A stretch of DNA of 64,000 nt from Caulobacteraceae bacterium. GTDB taxonomy: Bacteria; Pseudomonadota; Alphaproteobacteria; Caulobacterales; Aquidulcibacteraceae. Location of the stretch: contig WRPF01000009.1 of the NCBI GenBank assembly GCA_009773335.1, positions 7,109 through 71,108 on the forward strand, written 5' to 3'. The position numbers and the translations under genes are program-made. The notes beneath the pieces are model-generated. The model ran no database searches. It had not been told where the DNA came from and saw only the letters and a program-made list of their open reading frames with translations. Below are positions 18,489-26,825 of the stretch, one piece after another; within the stretch, counting starts at the first letter, position 1, and the number at the start of each line of letters is the position of its first letter.

Positions 18489-19619
18489 TCAGCGCGACGC
18501 GGTCAGCATTTCGATAGCGTCGACAAACCGGGCGCTGTCGAACGCTGGCGCCGCGGCAAGTGCGCCGGCGCGCATGCGCCGCCAGAGGGCCTCATCTTCA
18601 GCAAGATGCACCATGGCCTCCGACCACGACGCGGCGTCGTTTGCGGGCAGCGTGAACCCCGACACGAAATCGCGCGTGATCAGGTCGCGCGCACCGCACA
18701 CATCCGAGAGCACCGCCGGCAACCCCACACACGCGGCCTCGCCCACGACGTTGCCGAACGGCTCCATCACGCTTGGCAGGAACAGGTAGAGTGCGCGACC
18801 CATGTGCGCGACGACGTCGGGCTGGTTGGCCCACGGAATGAACGTGATGTGCTGCAGTACGCCGCGTTCCTCGGCGATGCGCTTGACGGCCGCCTCTTCC
18901 GGACCGGATCCGATCATTACGAGCGGTCGGGGAGTGTCCTTCGCCTTGGCGACATAATCCGCATATGCGGTCATGAACCCCACGGGGTTTTTCTGCTCGA
19001 GAAGACGCGCCACGAAGAGGAACGGCCGGTCGCGGAACGCGACTTCCCCCTTCGGCGCATACGACGAGATGCGGGCGACTGACCCGGTATCATAACCCTC
19101 CGCGATCGGGCCCTTGAGGCCGAGATAGCGAAGATAGGCGGTGGTGCCGGTCGTCGCGCTGATAGCGCCTGCGTACGGCCCGTAGAAGAAGGACTTGATC
19201 CACTCCGCGAGCGCGCGTCGCGGTTTATCTTCAAAGCGAGAGTCCTGCATGATGAACACGCGTGCGCCCAGCAGGCGCAGAAGCCACGCGCCGACCAGGA
19301 TGTAGGGGCGTTCGTAGTGGCAGAGAAACCAGTCGTCGATGCCGCGTCCGATACGTAGCTGGACGAGAGTCCGGATGACGGAAAGGCCGTCGAAGAACGG
19401 CGAGCGACGCACTTTGCTCAGCGTGACGCTTTCAAAGCGCCGCTCGGGCGTCCAGGACCAGTCGTATTCGTGCGACTGGCCAAAGAGTTCGACGCCGAGA
19501 AGCGCGGGAAAGGTCTTCGCGACATCGTTCAGCCGGTCGACATGCTGCGGGCCAAACGTGTCCCACAGCACGGCGATCTTCTTCGGGTTTCCGGATGGCG
19601 CGCCTTCAGAAGAGGTCAA
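18489..19619 (-). CDS. glycosyltransferase family 4 (GT-B)
   Basis: 376 aa. E-x7-E region PSVMEPFGNVVGEAACVGLPAV. Confidence 0.8.
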   Translation of the reverse strand: MTSSEGAPSGNPKKIAVLWDTFGPQHVDRLNDVAKTFPALLGVELFGQSHEYDWSWTPERRFESVTLSKVRRSPFFDGLSVIRTLVQLRIGRGIDDWFLCHYERPYILVGAWLLRLLGARVFIMQDSRFEDKPRRALAEWIKSFFYGPYAGAISATTGTTAYLRYLGLKGPIAEGYDTGSVARISSYAPKGEVAFRDRPFLFVARLLEQKNPVGFMTAYADYVAKAKDTPRPLVMIGSGPEEAAVKRIAEERGVLQHITFIPWANQPDVVAHMGRALYLFLPSVMEPFGNVVGEAACVGLPAVLSDVCGARDLITRDFVSGFTLPANDAASWSEAMVHLAEDEALWRRMRAGALAAAPAFDSARFVDAIEMLTASR

Positions 19620-20691
19620 TGAAGCGCTCCATCGCGTCGTTTGCGTCGATCTCGGCGCTGTGGGGCTCCGAGCTGTTTGCGAACCGGCGTTCGATCAGCC
19701 ACTGGCTCGCGATCGCCTTGAAATCAGCGTCCTGGGCGACGACGAGATTCGGCGCACCGAGGTGATCCTCGCCGATGCAGCCGCGATCAATCGTGATCAC
19801 CGGGACGCCGCGCGCGCGCGCTTCGGCGAGCACCAGCGGCTGGCCCTCGACCTTGTAGCGTGTCGGGAAGACGAAGAAGTCGATGTCGGTGAAGAACTTC
19901 GCCTTGTTCTCGGGTGTGGTCCTGGCGATCCATTTCAGGCGATCGGGGTGACGTGCGGTGACGACCTTGATCTTTTCCTCCAGCGCGGGGTCCGCAGTTC
20001 CGCCGGCGAGTTGCGCATAGGCATCGACGCCGGACTCAACAAGGTGTTCGAACAGGTCGAGGAATTCGCCGCTGCCTTTTTCCCACGTCAGGTTGCTGAG
20101 GTGGCCCAACGTGATCGTCGCGCTCTTGGGTAGCCGATCAGGTTCGACGCGCGGGAAAAGGATCTCGTTCTTGAGAACCGTTGTGCCAATCGGGCCGTGC
20201 ACATCATGGGCGTAGCGTTCAAGAAACTGCCGCTCCATGCAGCCGCAGAGCATCACGTGCACGCCGGACTTCTCGATGGCGCGCAGGATATGTGCGATCA
20301 TCGGATCGCGTTCATAAACGTACACGAACGTGTGGTGGTGCAGGATTGTCCTGTAGCCGAGCCGGTCCGCGACCATGGCGAGGAACAGCATGTAGATTTT
20401 GCCGGCCCCCGCATCGCACGGCATGTACAGCGTGCGGCCTTCCACGCGCCGGTTCGCCCACAGCAGCGCCGCGCCCTTCAGGATGCGACCGGCCTTCACC
20501 ATCTGGCGCACCGCTCCGCCAACATGTGTGATCGTGAGATTGATTGTGGCGATGGTCTTGCCGCGCGCGTCGAGCGCATCCGCCACACGCGACGTGACAA
20601 CGCCCATGCCGACCATCGGCGGCGCAAGGCCTCCGACTATGATGACGCGCGGCGTGTCGGCGCCCGTGCGCGGGTTGGGGGCTTGCATCAT
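19606..20691 (-). CDS. glycosyltransferase (GT-B type)
   Basis: Start set at ATG 20691 (MQAPNP...), which overlaps the upstream stop as ATGA. C-terminal FVFPTRYKVEGQPLVLAEARARGVPVI is GT4-like. 14-nt overlap with the next gene. Confidence 0.7.
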   Translation of the reverse strand: MMQAPNPRTGADTPRVIIVGGLAPPMVGMGVVTSRVADALDARGKTIATINLTITHVGGAVRQMVKAGRILKGAALLWANRRVEGRTLYMPCDAGAGKIYMLFLAMVADRLGYRTILHHHTFVYVYERDPMIAHILRAIEKSGVHVMLCGCMERQFLERYAHDVHGPIGTTVLKNEILFPRVEPDRLPKSATITLGHLSNLTWEKGSGEFLDLFEHLVESGVDAYAQLAGGTADPALEEKIKVVTARHPDRLKWIARTTPENKAKFFTDIDFFVFPTRYKVEGQPLVLAEARARGVPVITIDRGCIGEDHLGAPNLVVAQDADFKAIASQWLIERRFANSSEPHSAEIDANDAMERFIDLF

Positions 20692-21893
20692 CGCGCGCGC
20701 GCCAGCGCGGCTTCGAACACTGTCTCGAAACGATCGGCGACGCGGGAGAGCACGAAATTCCGCTCGGCGTAGGCGCGTCCGGCTACGCCCGCTTCCGCGC
20801 CATCCTTCAGCAGACGATCGGCGGCCGCGACCCAGCCGGCGACATCTTCCGGTTCGCACACCAGTCCGCAGCGCTCCGCCGCGATTGTCTTGGCGGCGAG
20901 ATTGGCCTGCGGCGCGGCGAGCAGGACAGGGCGGCCCGCGCAGAGATAGCTCAGCACCTTTGACGGCACGGAGAATTCTCCCGCGTCGCGTTCGATCACC
21001 GCCGCGAGCACGTCCGCCGACGCGAGCACCTCCGCGAGCCTGTCGAATGGCTGCAGCGGGAGGAGGCGAAGATTGTCCAGGCTTTCGGCGGCTTTGGCTG
21101 CTTCAAGTCGCGACACGCCGATCCCTGCGGCGACGACGACGACGACAACGTCCGGCCTGTCGCGATAGCGCCGCGCCAGTTCGATGAGGAGATCCGGGTT
21201 GTGCTTGAGGCCGAGCGTGCCCGTGTACATCAACACCGTCTTGCCGTTGAGGCCGTGTTCGGCGGCCCACGCGTTCGTCTTTGGCATGATCGGAATCTGG
21301 TCGATCGCGCCCCAGTTCGGAATCACGTGGAGTTTCGCCGGATCGACGCCCCAGGCCCGGGTTTGCGGGGCGAAATCTTCGGTGATGAGAATGACGGCGT
21401 CGGCGTCGCGCATCTGGGCGCGTTCGAGCGCGATATAGTAGAGCCCGACGCCCGCGCCGACGACGGGGATTTTCTTCGACAGGATCTTCGATACGGCGAT
21501 GGAGTAGAAGTCCTGGCACCAGTAGATGAACCGCGCGCCGACCTGTCTTGCCGCCCGGTGAATATAGACCTGCGATTCAGTCGGCGTGTTGCCGGACACC
21601 ACAATCTGCGGACGCGCGGCAACGATGGCCGCCGCCGCCGCGCGCCCGTAGCTCAGATCCTGGAAGCGACGCCTGGCGAACGACGTCTTGGAATATGTCT
21701 CGCCGATGCCGACAGGGGCGAACGTGAGCGATCCGGGGTCGCCGGCGGCGTGTTCAAGTGCGCCCTTCGGGCCGGCGTCGCCTTCGAAATAGGCGTGGGT
21801 GATCTGGTGGCCCCGGGCGGCGAGCGCGCGCGACAGCTCGGCCTGGAACGGGTGGCCGGCGTAGTCGTGCAGGAAGATCTTCGACAGATTCAC
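20688..21893 (-). CDS. glycosyltransferase family 4, WcaI-like
   Basis: 401 aa. MNLSKIFLHDYAGHPFQAELSRALAARGH is a WcaI-type N-terminus. ...FSVPSKVLSYLCAGRPVL. Confidence 0.85.
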   Translation of the reverse strand: MNLSKIFLHDYAGHPFQAELSRALAARGHQITHAYFEGDAGPKGALEHAAGDPGSLTFAPVGIGETYSKTSFARRRFQDLSYGRAAAAAIVAARPQIVVSGNTPTESQVYIHRAARQVGARFIYWCQDFYSIAVSKILSKKIPVVGAGVGLYYIALERAQMRDADAVILITEDFAPQTRAWGVDPAKLHVIPNWGAIDQIPIMPKTNAWAAEHGLNGKTVLMYTGTLGLKHNPDLLIELARRYRDRPDVVVVVVAAGIGVSRLEAAKAAESLDNLRLLPLQPFDRLAEVLASADVLAAVIERDAGEFSVPSKVLSYLCAGRPVLLAAPQANLAAKTIAAERCGLVCEPEDVAGWVAAADRLLKDGAEAGVAGRAYAERNFVLSRVADRFETVFEAALARAR

Positions 21894-21966
21894 TTTGGCC
21901 CTCGGACTGGAGATCGCCCGCCCTCAAGGGAGGCGATTGGCGGAGGGAAGAAAGCAAGAGTCGTGC

Positions 21967-21995
21967 TTGCCGCCCATGCTTGTGCAGGGCGGCAA
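21967..21995 (-). terminator. hairpin downstream of the priming transferase gene (9-bp stem TTGCCGCCC/GGGCGGCAA)
   Basis: Read directly. 21967-21975 pairs with 21987-21995, 22 nt past the stop of the minus-strand gene ending at 22017. Confidence 0.4.
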
Positions 21996-22016
21996 ACAGG
22001 CGCGCGGCATCCCGAA

Positions 22017-22772
22017 TCAGACCGCGCCGTCGCCCTTCAGGACGGCGAGGGGCGTGCGCAGCAGGATTTCCGCATCCTGGGCATAGGACCAGCTCTCGAC
22101 ATAGAGACGGTCAAGTTCCACGCGGCGCGAATAGGTGGTCGAGCTGCGGCCGCTGACCTGCCACAGACCGGTGATGCCGGGACGAACAAGCAGGTAGAAC
22201 CGCCGGTCCTTGCCATAGCGGTCCAGTTCGGAACGGACGATCGGACGCGGGCCGATGACGCTCATTTCGCCGAAGAGCACATTCCAGAGCTGCGGAAGCT
22301 CATCGAGGCTCGTCTTGCGGATGAACCGGCCGATCATCGTCACCCGCGGATCATCGCTGAGTTTCTGCGTGGCGATCCATTCCTTTTCGGCCTCCGGATT
22401 GGTGGCGAGGTGGGCGGCGAGAACCTCGTCGCCTTTGCGCACCATGGAGCGGAACTTCCAGCACTTGAATGTCCGGCCCTGCCGGCCGATCCGCTTGTGA
22501 CCGTAGATCGCCGGGCCGCCGTCTTGCGCCCAGATCAGAAGCGCGACGGTCAGAAGCGCTGGCGACAGCACAAGAAGGCCGGCCAGGGAGCTGACGACGT
22601 CGAAAGCGCGCTTCCCGAAGCCGTTGGCTTTCTGGACCGCAGCGATGAGCGTCCGGTCGGTGATCACGTGCTCGCGCGCGCTGACGCGGCTGCCGTCCGC
22701 ACGGGAGCGGCGGCGCGCGCCTGGCGACCCGGATCGGGTTGAATCTACGGACTTGGCGGCTTCAGCGCCCAT
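22017..22772 (-). CDS. undecaprenyl-phosphate hexose-1-phosphate transferase, ExoY/PssA-like small PHPT
   Basis: 251 aa. KRAFDVVSSLAGLLVLSP, RIGRQGRTFKCWKFRSM, DELPQLWNVLFGEMSVIGPRP. Confidence 0.9.
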   Translation of the reverse strand: MGAEAAKSVDSTRSGSPGARRRSRADGSRVSAREHVITDRTLIAAVQKANGFGKRAFDVVSSLAGLLVLSPALLTVALLIWAQDGGPAIYGHKRIGRQGRTFKCWKFRSMVRKGDEVLAAHLATNPEAEKEWIATQKLSDDPRVTMIGRFIRKTSLDELPQLWNVLFGEMSVIGPRPIVRSELDRYGKDRRFYLLVRPGITGLWQVSGRSSTTYSRRVELDRLYVESWSYAQDAEILLRTPLAVLKGDGAV

Positions 22773-23376
22773 GGTTCGATCCCCAACTTTCGAGACGTAA
22801 ACGCTTTCTTACCAATGGCATGCGACTGTTTCGCAATGCAACAGCAATTATTGTGCAACGCAAAAAATGTCAGGCCATCAGGAGAGGCGCTGGGCGCCTT
22901 TCTGTCATGTCGATAATCCATCTGGGTGCTGTCGGTCAGACGCTGAATCGCGTCTTGAGTGTTGACGCCCCGGACGGGGCCGGGTTCCGGAACGGAGGCC
23001 GCTTGCGACACCATCGCTCACGCAGGTCAGGACATCGCGGCGCCTGGCGAATCGGCGCGGCCATTGGGGCTGTCGCTTACAGCGTGGCCGTGTGGGCGGC
23101 GCTGTTTCAGGGCGTGCCGCGGCTCGTCGCCTGGATCGGCGAGCGGCAGGCCACCGCACATGAGCGCCCGAATGCGCCCCCCCCTCCCTCGAATACGCCA
23201 CAGCAGCGTCGGTGATTGACGGACGTTAACGCCTTTGATCTCTGGCTAATGCATTGATCCGGCGACCATTTGCCGCCGGCTTGGGGGCGTGCCTGGGCGC
23301 ATCGGCGCGTCTTGTGATTCAGTCGACTGCAGATTCAGCGCGCGCGACACGTGCGAATCGAGAGTGATCGGTAAGC

Positions 23377-24126
23377 ATGGCACAAATTCCGCTTCCCCAA
23401 TGGTCGGCGCGCATGGCGGCGGGCAGGCGGGTCTACGCCATTGGCGACATCCACGGCCGGGCCGACCTGCTGGGCGCGCTGCTTGCGCAGATCGAGAGCG
23501 ACATAGAACGCCACGTGGGGGGGGATTCGACCGCGACGCTCGTCTTCCTCGGCGACTACGTCGATTGTGGCCTTGAGTCCCGGGCCTGTCTCGACCGGTT
23601 GATCGCCCTCGGGGAAAGCGCCCGCGAGACCCACTTCCTGAAGGGTAAACACGACGCGGCGCTGCTGGCTTTCCTGGATCGTCCAGCGAAAGGCGGCGTC
23701 TGGCTCAGCAAGGGAGGGCGCGAGACCCTGTTCTCCTATGGCGTGCCCGGGCCGTCGCCGTCGGCGGGCGCAAGGGAGCTCGCCCGCGCCGCAGAGGCGC
23801 TGAGCGCGGCGATGCCGCCGGCGCATCTCGAGTTCCTCCGGTCGCTCAAGCTCCACGTGCGCTTTGGCGACTACGTGTTCGTCCACGCGGGTCTCAAGCC
23901 GGGCGTCGCCCTGGACGCCCAGCAGGAGCGGGACTTGCTGACCATTCGCGAACCGTTCCTGACTTCCCGGGAATCGTGGCCGTTTGTGGTGGTCCACGGG
24001 AACACCCCCGTCGAGCGGCTCTACCGGGACACGCGCCGCATCGGGGTGGATACCGGCGCCTACGCGACCGGGCGGCTGTCGGCGGTTTGCCTCGACGGCG
24101 GCGAAGTCCGGCTGCTGCAGACCTGA
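23377..24126 (+). CDS. calcineurin-like (PPP/PrpA-type) metallophosphoesterase homolog with degenerate catalytic motifs
   Basis: 249 aa. GDIHG is intact, but GDYVDCG, GKHD and VVHGNTP replace GDxVDRG, GNHE and GHT. Compare the paralog at 43872. Confidence 0.8.
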   Translation: MAQIPLPQWSARMAAGRRVYAIGDIHGRADLLGALLAQIESDIERHVGGDSTATLVFLGDYVDCGLESRACLDRLIALGESARETHFLKGKHDAALLAFLDRPAKGGVWLSKGGRETLFSYGVPGPSPSAGARELARAAEALSAAMPPAHLEFLRSLKLHVRFGDYVFVHAGLKPGVALDAQQERDLLTIREPFLTSRESWPFVVVHGNTPVERLYRDTRRIGVDTGAYATGRLSAVCLDGGEVRLLQT

Positions 24127-24211
24127 CGGCGGCGGGCGCGCCATTCCAGTAGGCGTCAATCTTGCGTTCAGGAGAAATTCGGCACAGGAAGCGGCCTCCA
24201 GAGGAAACGTC

Positions 24212-25141
24212 ATGACGCGCAAGTTCTATCGATCCTTTTCAGTGCTTTTGGCCGCATTCGCCGCCATTGTGACGCTCGGGGCGCCCGCATCGACGCTCGC
24301 GCAGACGCAACCGTTGGTGTCTCGAACCGAAACAGCCGCCCCGGCCGCGCAGACGCCGCCCGCCGCGCCCATCGCCGCCCAGCCCGCGTCTGGCGCGCCT
24401 GCCGCGGCCGGACCGAGTGCTCAACCGGGCGCCCAACCGGGGACTCAGGGCGCCAGCACGGACGGCTACGTCCTTGGCATCAATGACCGCGTGCGCGTGC
24501 TGGTGTTCGGCGAACAATCCCTCTCGGGTGAGTTTCTGGTCGACAGCACGGGCCGTATCGCCATGCCGTTCATAGGCGAAGTGCAGGCGGCCGGCCTGAC
24601 CCGCCGCCAGCTTGAAGAAGACCTCGAGAAGAAGCTTTCGGCCGAAGAGATCCTGCTCGACCCCCGGGTAAGCGTCGATTTCCTCAACCTGCGCCCGTAT
24701 TACATCCTCGGCGAAGTCACCAAGCCGGGCGAGTACCCCTATACCCAGGGTCTCAACGTGTTCAACGCGGTGGCGACGGCAGGCGGGTTCACCACGCTCG
24801 CCAACCAGACCCGCATCATGATCAAGCGTCAGGGCGAGGCCGTGGAAACGGAGTATTCGCTGCTGTCGCCGGTCACCGTCCAGCCCGGCGACACGATCCG
24901 GGTCATCAAGGGCGCGTTCTACATCCTCGGCGAGGTCAACCGGCCCGGCGAATACGCCTTCTCGGAAGGGCTGACGGTCCAGAACGCCGTGGCGACCGCC
25001 GGCGGCTTCACCTATCGGGCCAACACCCGTCAGGTTTTCGTGAAGCACCGCAATGAGGCCCAGGAGCGCCGGGTCCAGATGAGCGCCTCGCTGCCGGTCC
25101 AGCCGGGCGACACGATCCGCATCACCGAGCGCTTCTTCTAG
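24212..25141 (+). CDS. outer-membrane polysaccharide export protein (OPX, ExoF/Wza family), short form
   Basis: Start at ATG 24212 after GAGGAAA. Signal peptide, Pro/Ala/Gln linker, then NDRVRVLVFGEQSLSGEFLVDSTGRIAMPFIG. Two SLBB-like repeats, each ending in VQPGDTIR. Confidence 0.9.
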   Translation: MTRKFYRSFSVLLAAFAAIVTLGAPASTLAQTQPLVSRTETAAPAAQTPPAAPIAAQPASGAPAAAGPSAQPGAQPGTQGASTDGYVLGINDRVRVLVFGEQSLSGEFLVDSTGRIAMPFIGEVQAAGLTRRQLEEDLEKKLSAEEILLDPRVSVDFLNLRPYYILGEVTKPGEYPYTQGLNVFNAVATAGGFTTLANQTRIMIKRQGEAVETEYSLLSPVTVQPGDTIRVIKGAFYILGEVNRPGEYAFSEGLTVQNAVATAGGFTYRANTRQVFVKHRNEAQERRVQMSASLPVQPGDTIRITERFF

Positions 25142-25491
25142 GCGCTCACCCGGCGACAGCGGGGCCGCCGCCTGGCAATCAGGCGCGCGGGCCGCTGACC
25201 CGTTCGGGGGCGCATGGCGAAAAGTCCAGATTTCAGCGCCTTGTCGCGTTCCCCTATGGCGTGTAAACTAATCCTTAATGCACGAGCGTCGCGGCGAAGC
25301 GACGCCCGAAGCGTGCGCTGCTGGGGGAGAGGCGGCGAAAACTGACGGGCAGATCAGGCAGGCCGCTTTCGCCGGACGCGCGTCCGACGGATGTGTTTTT
25401 CGCTTCCCACGTGTGTTCACGTGGCGGGCGGCGTGTCTCGGCGCAGAACGAACCCGTTAGTTAACAATGTGTAAAAGGGATCGTTTCGGGG

Positions 25492-26790
25492 ATGTCCAAA
25501 GCTCGTTTGCTCGCCTGTGCGGCGATGGTCGCGTTCTTTCCAGTCTCGCTTGCGCGCGCGCAGGAAGCCGCCCCGGAAACGGCCAGGGACGCGCCCCGGT
25601 GGGGGGCGGACCGGGGTCGCAATGAAAGTGTCGCGGAGCGCGTGCGTCCGGAATTCGCCGCGCCCGGGCTCGAACTGGGCGCCATCACCGTAAGGCCTTC
25701 CCTCGGGCTTGAGGCCGGCACGGACAGCAACATCTTCTACGAGCCCTCCGGCGAAACCGACGATGTAGTGTTCGTCAGTCGTCCGCGCATCGAGGCGGCC
25801 ACGACATGGTCGCGCCACCGGATCGCGCTGGCCGCCGGGCTCGACGACTTTCGTTTCCAGGATTCAAGCTCCGAAGAACATACCGACGTCTACGCCGAGG
25901 CCGAGGGTCGCCTCGACGTCCGCCGCGGCAGCTATCTCCTTGTCGGCGGCGGTCAGTCCCGGCGGGCCGAAGCGCGCTCCGCGCCGGACACGCCGGGCGC
26001 GGCGGCCAAACCTGTGCGCGTCGAGGACCGTCACGCCTACTTGGCCGGGGTTCATGAATTCGGCCGCGCCCGCGCGACCCTGCGCCTTGAGAAGCAGGGC
26101 CTTAACTACAAGGACGCGCCGCTCATTTCCGGCGGCATCGCGGATCAGGATATCCGGGACTACACCGTGACCACCCTCACCGGACGGCTGGAATATGCCC
26201 TCAGCCCCGATACCGCCATGTTCGGCCAGGTCTCCGGCAACAAGCGCGAGTACGAGATCAAGCCGCCGCGCTCGACGTTCAACCGGGATTCCGAGGGGTC
26301 GAGCTACATGATCGGCGTCAACACCGATCTGTCGAACCTCATCCGGGGCGAAGTCAGCGTCGGTTACCTGCAGCAGAACTACGACGATCCGGGGCTGTCC
26401 TCGCCCAAGGGCCTCGCCCTTGAAGGCAAGGTGGAATATTTTGCGACACCGCTGACCACGATTACGGTGAACGGTCGCCGCCGGATCGAGGAAACGGTCG
26501 CGGCGACGGCGTCATCCTTTCTTTCGACCACCTTTGGCGCGCGCGTTGACCATGAATTGCGCCGCAACATCGTGCTCATGGCCGGCGCTGGCGCCGAAAA
26601 AAGGGAATTCGAAGGGTCCGATCGCGACGACGATCTGCTGTTCGCGGATGCAGGGGCCCGTTTCTTGCTCAACCGGCGAGTGGAGCTCGGCGCCAGGTGG
26701 CGATTCGAGCGTCAGGACTCGTCCGGCGCCGCTTCGGCGCAGGACTATGACGTTAACCGCTTCGTCGTGTCGGCGACCCTGCGCTTCTAG
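25492..26790 (+). CDS. outer-membrane beta-barrel protein associated with polysaccharide export
   Basis: 432 aa. Signal peptide ...SLARAQEA. Alternating hydrophobic pattern. C-terminal ...VVSATLRF. Confidence 0.75.
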   Translation: MSKARLLACAAMVAFFPVSLARAQEAAPETARDAPRWGADRGRNESVAERVRPEFAAPGLELGAITVRPSLGLEAGTDSNIFYEPSGETDDVVFVSRPRIEAATTWSRHRIALAAGLDDFRFQDSSSEEHTDVYAEAEGRLDVRRGSYLLVGGGQSRRAEARSAPDTPGAAAKPVRVEDRHAYLAGVHEFGRARATLRLEKQGLNYKDAPLISGGIADQDIRDYTVTTLTGRLEYALSPDTAMFGQVSGNKREYEIKPPRSTFNRDSEGSSYMIGVNTDLSNLIRGEVSVGYLQQNYDDPGLSSPKGLALEGKVEYFATPLTTITVNGRRRIEETVAATASSFLSTTFGARVDHELRRNIVLMAGAGAEKREFEGSDRDDDLLFADAGARFLLNRRVELGARWRFERQDSSGAASAQDYDVNRFVVSATLRF

Positions 26791-26825
26791 CGCGGGCAAG
26801 CCGGCGGAAGCGCAGGAGAGAGACC

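Noticed and set aside
22755-22790. GGTTCGATCCCC, which resembles a tRNA T-arm/T-loop.
   Set aside because: The flanking bases cannot form a T-stem (ccatg vs cccca) or an acceptor stem. The site is the 5' end of the ExoY-like coding sequence on the opposite strand.
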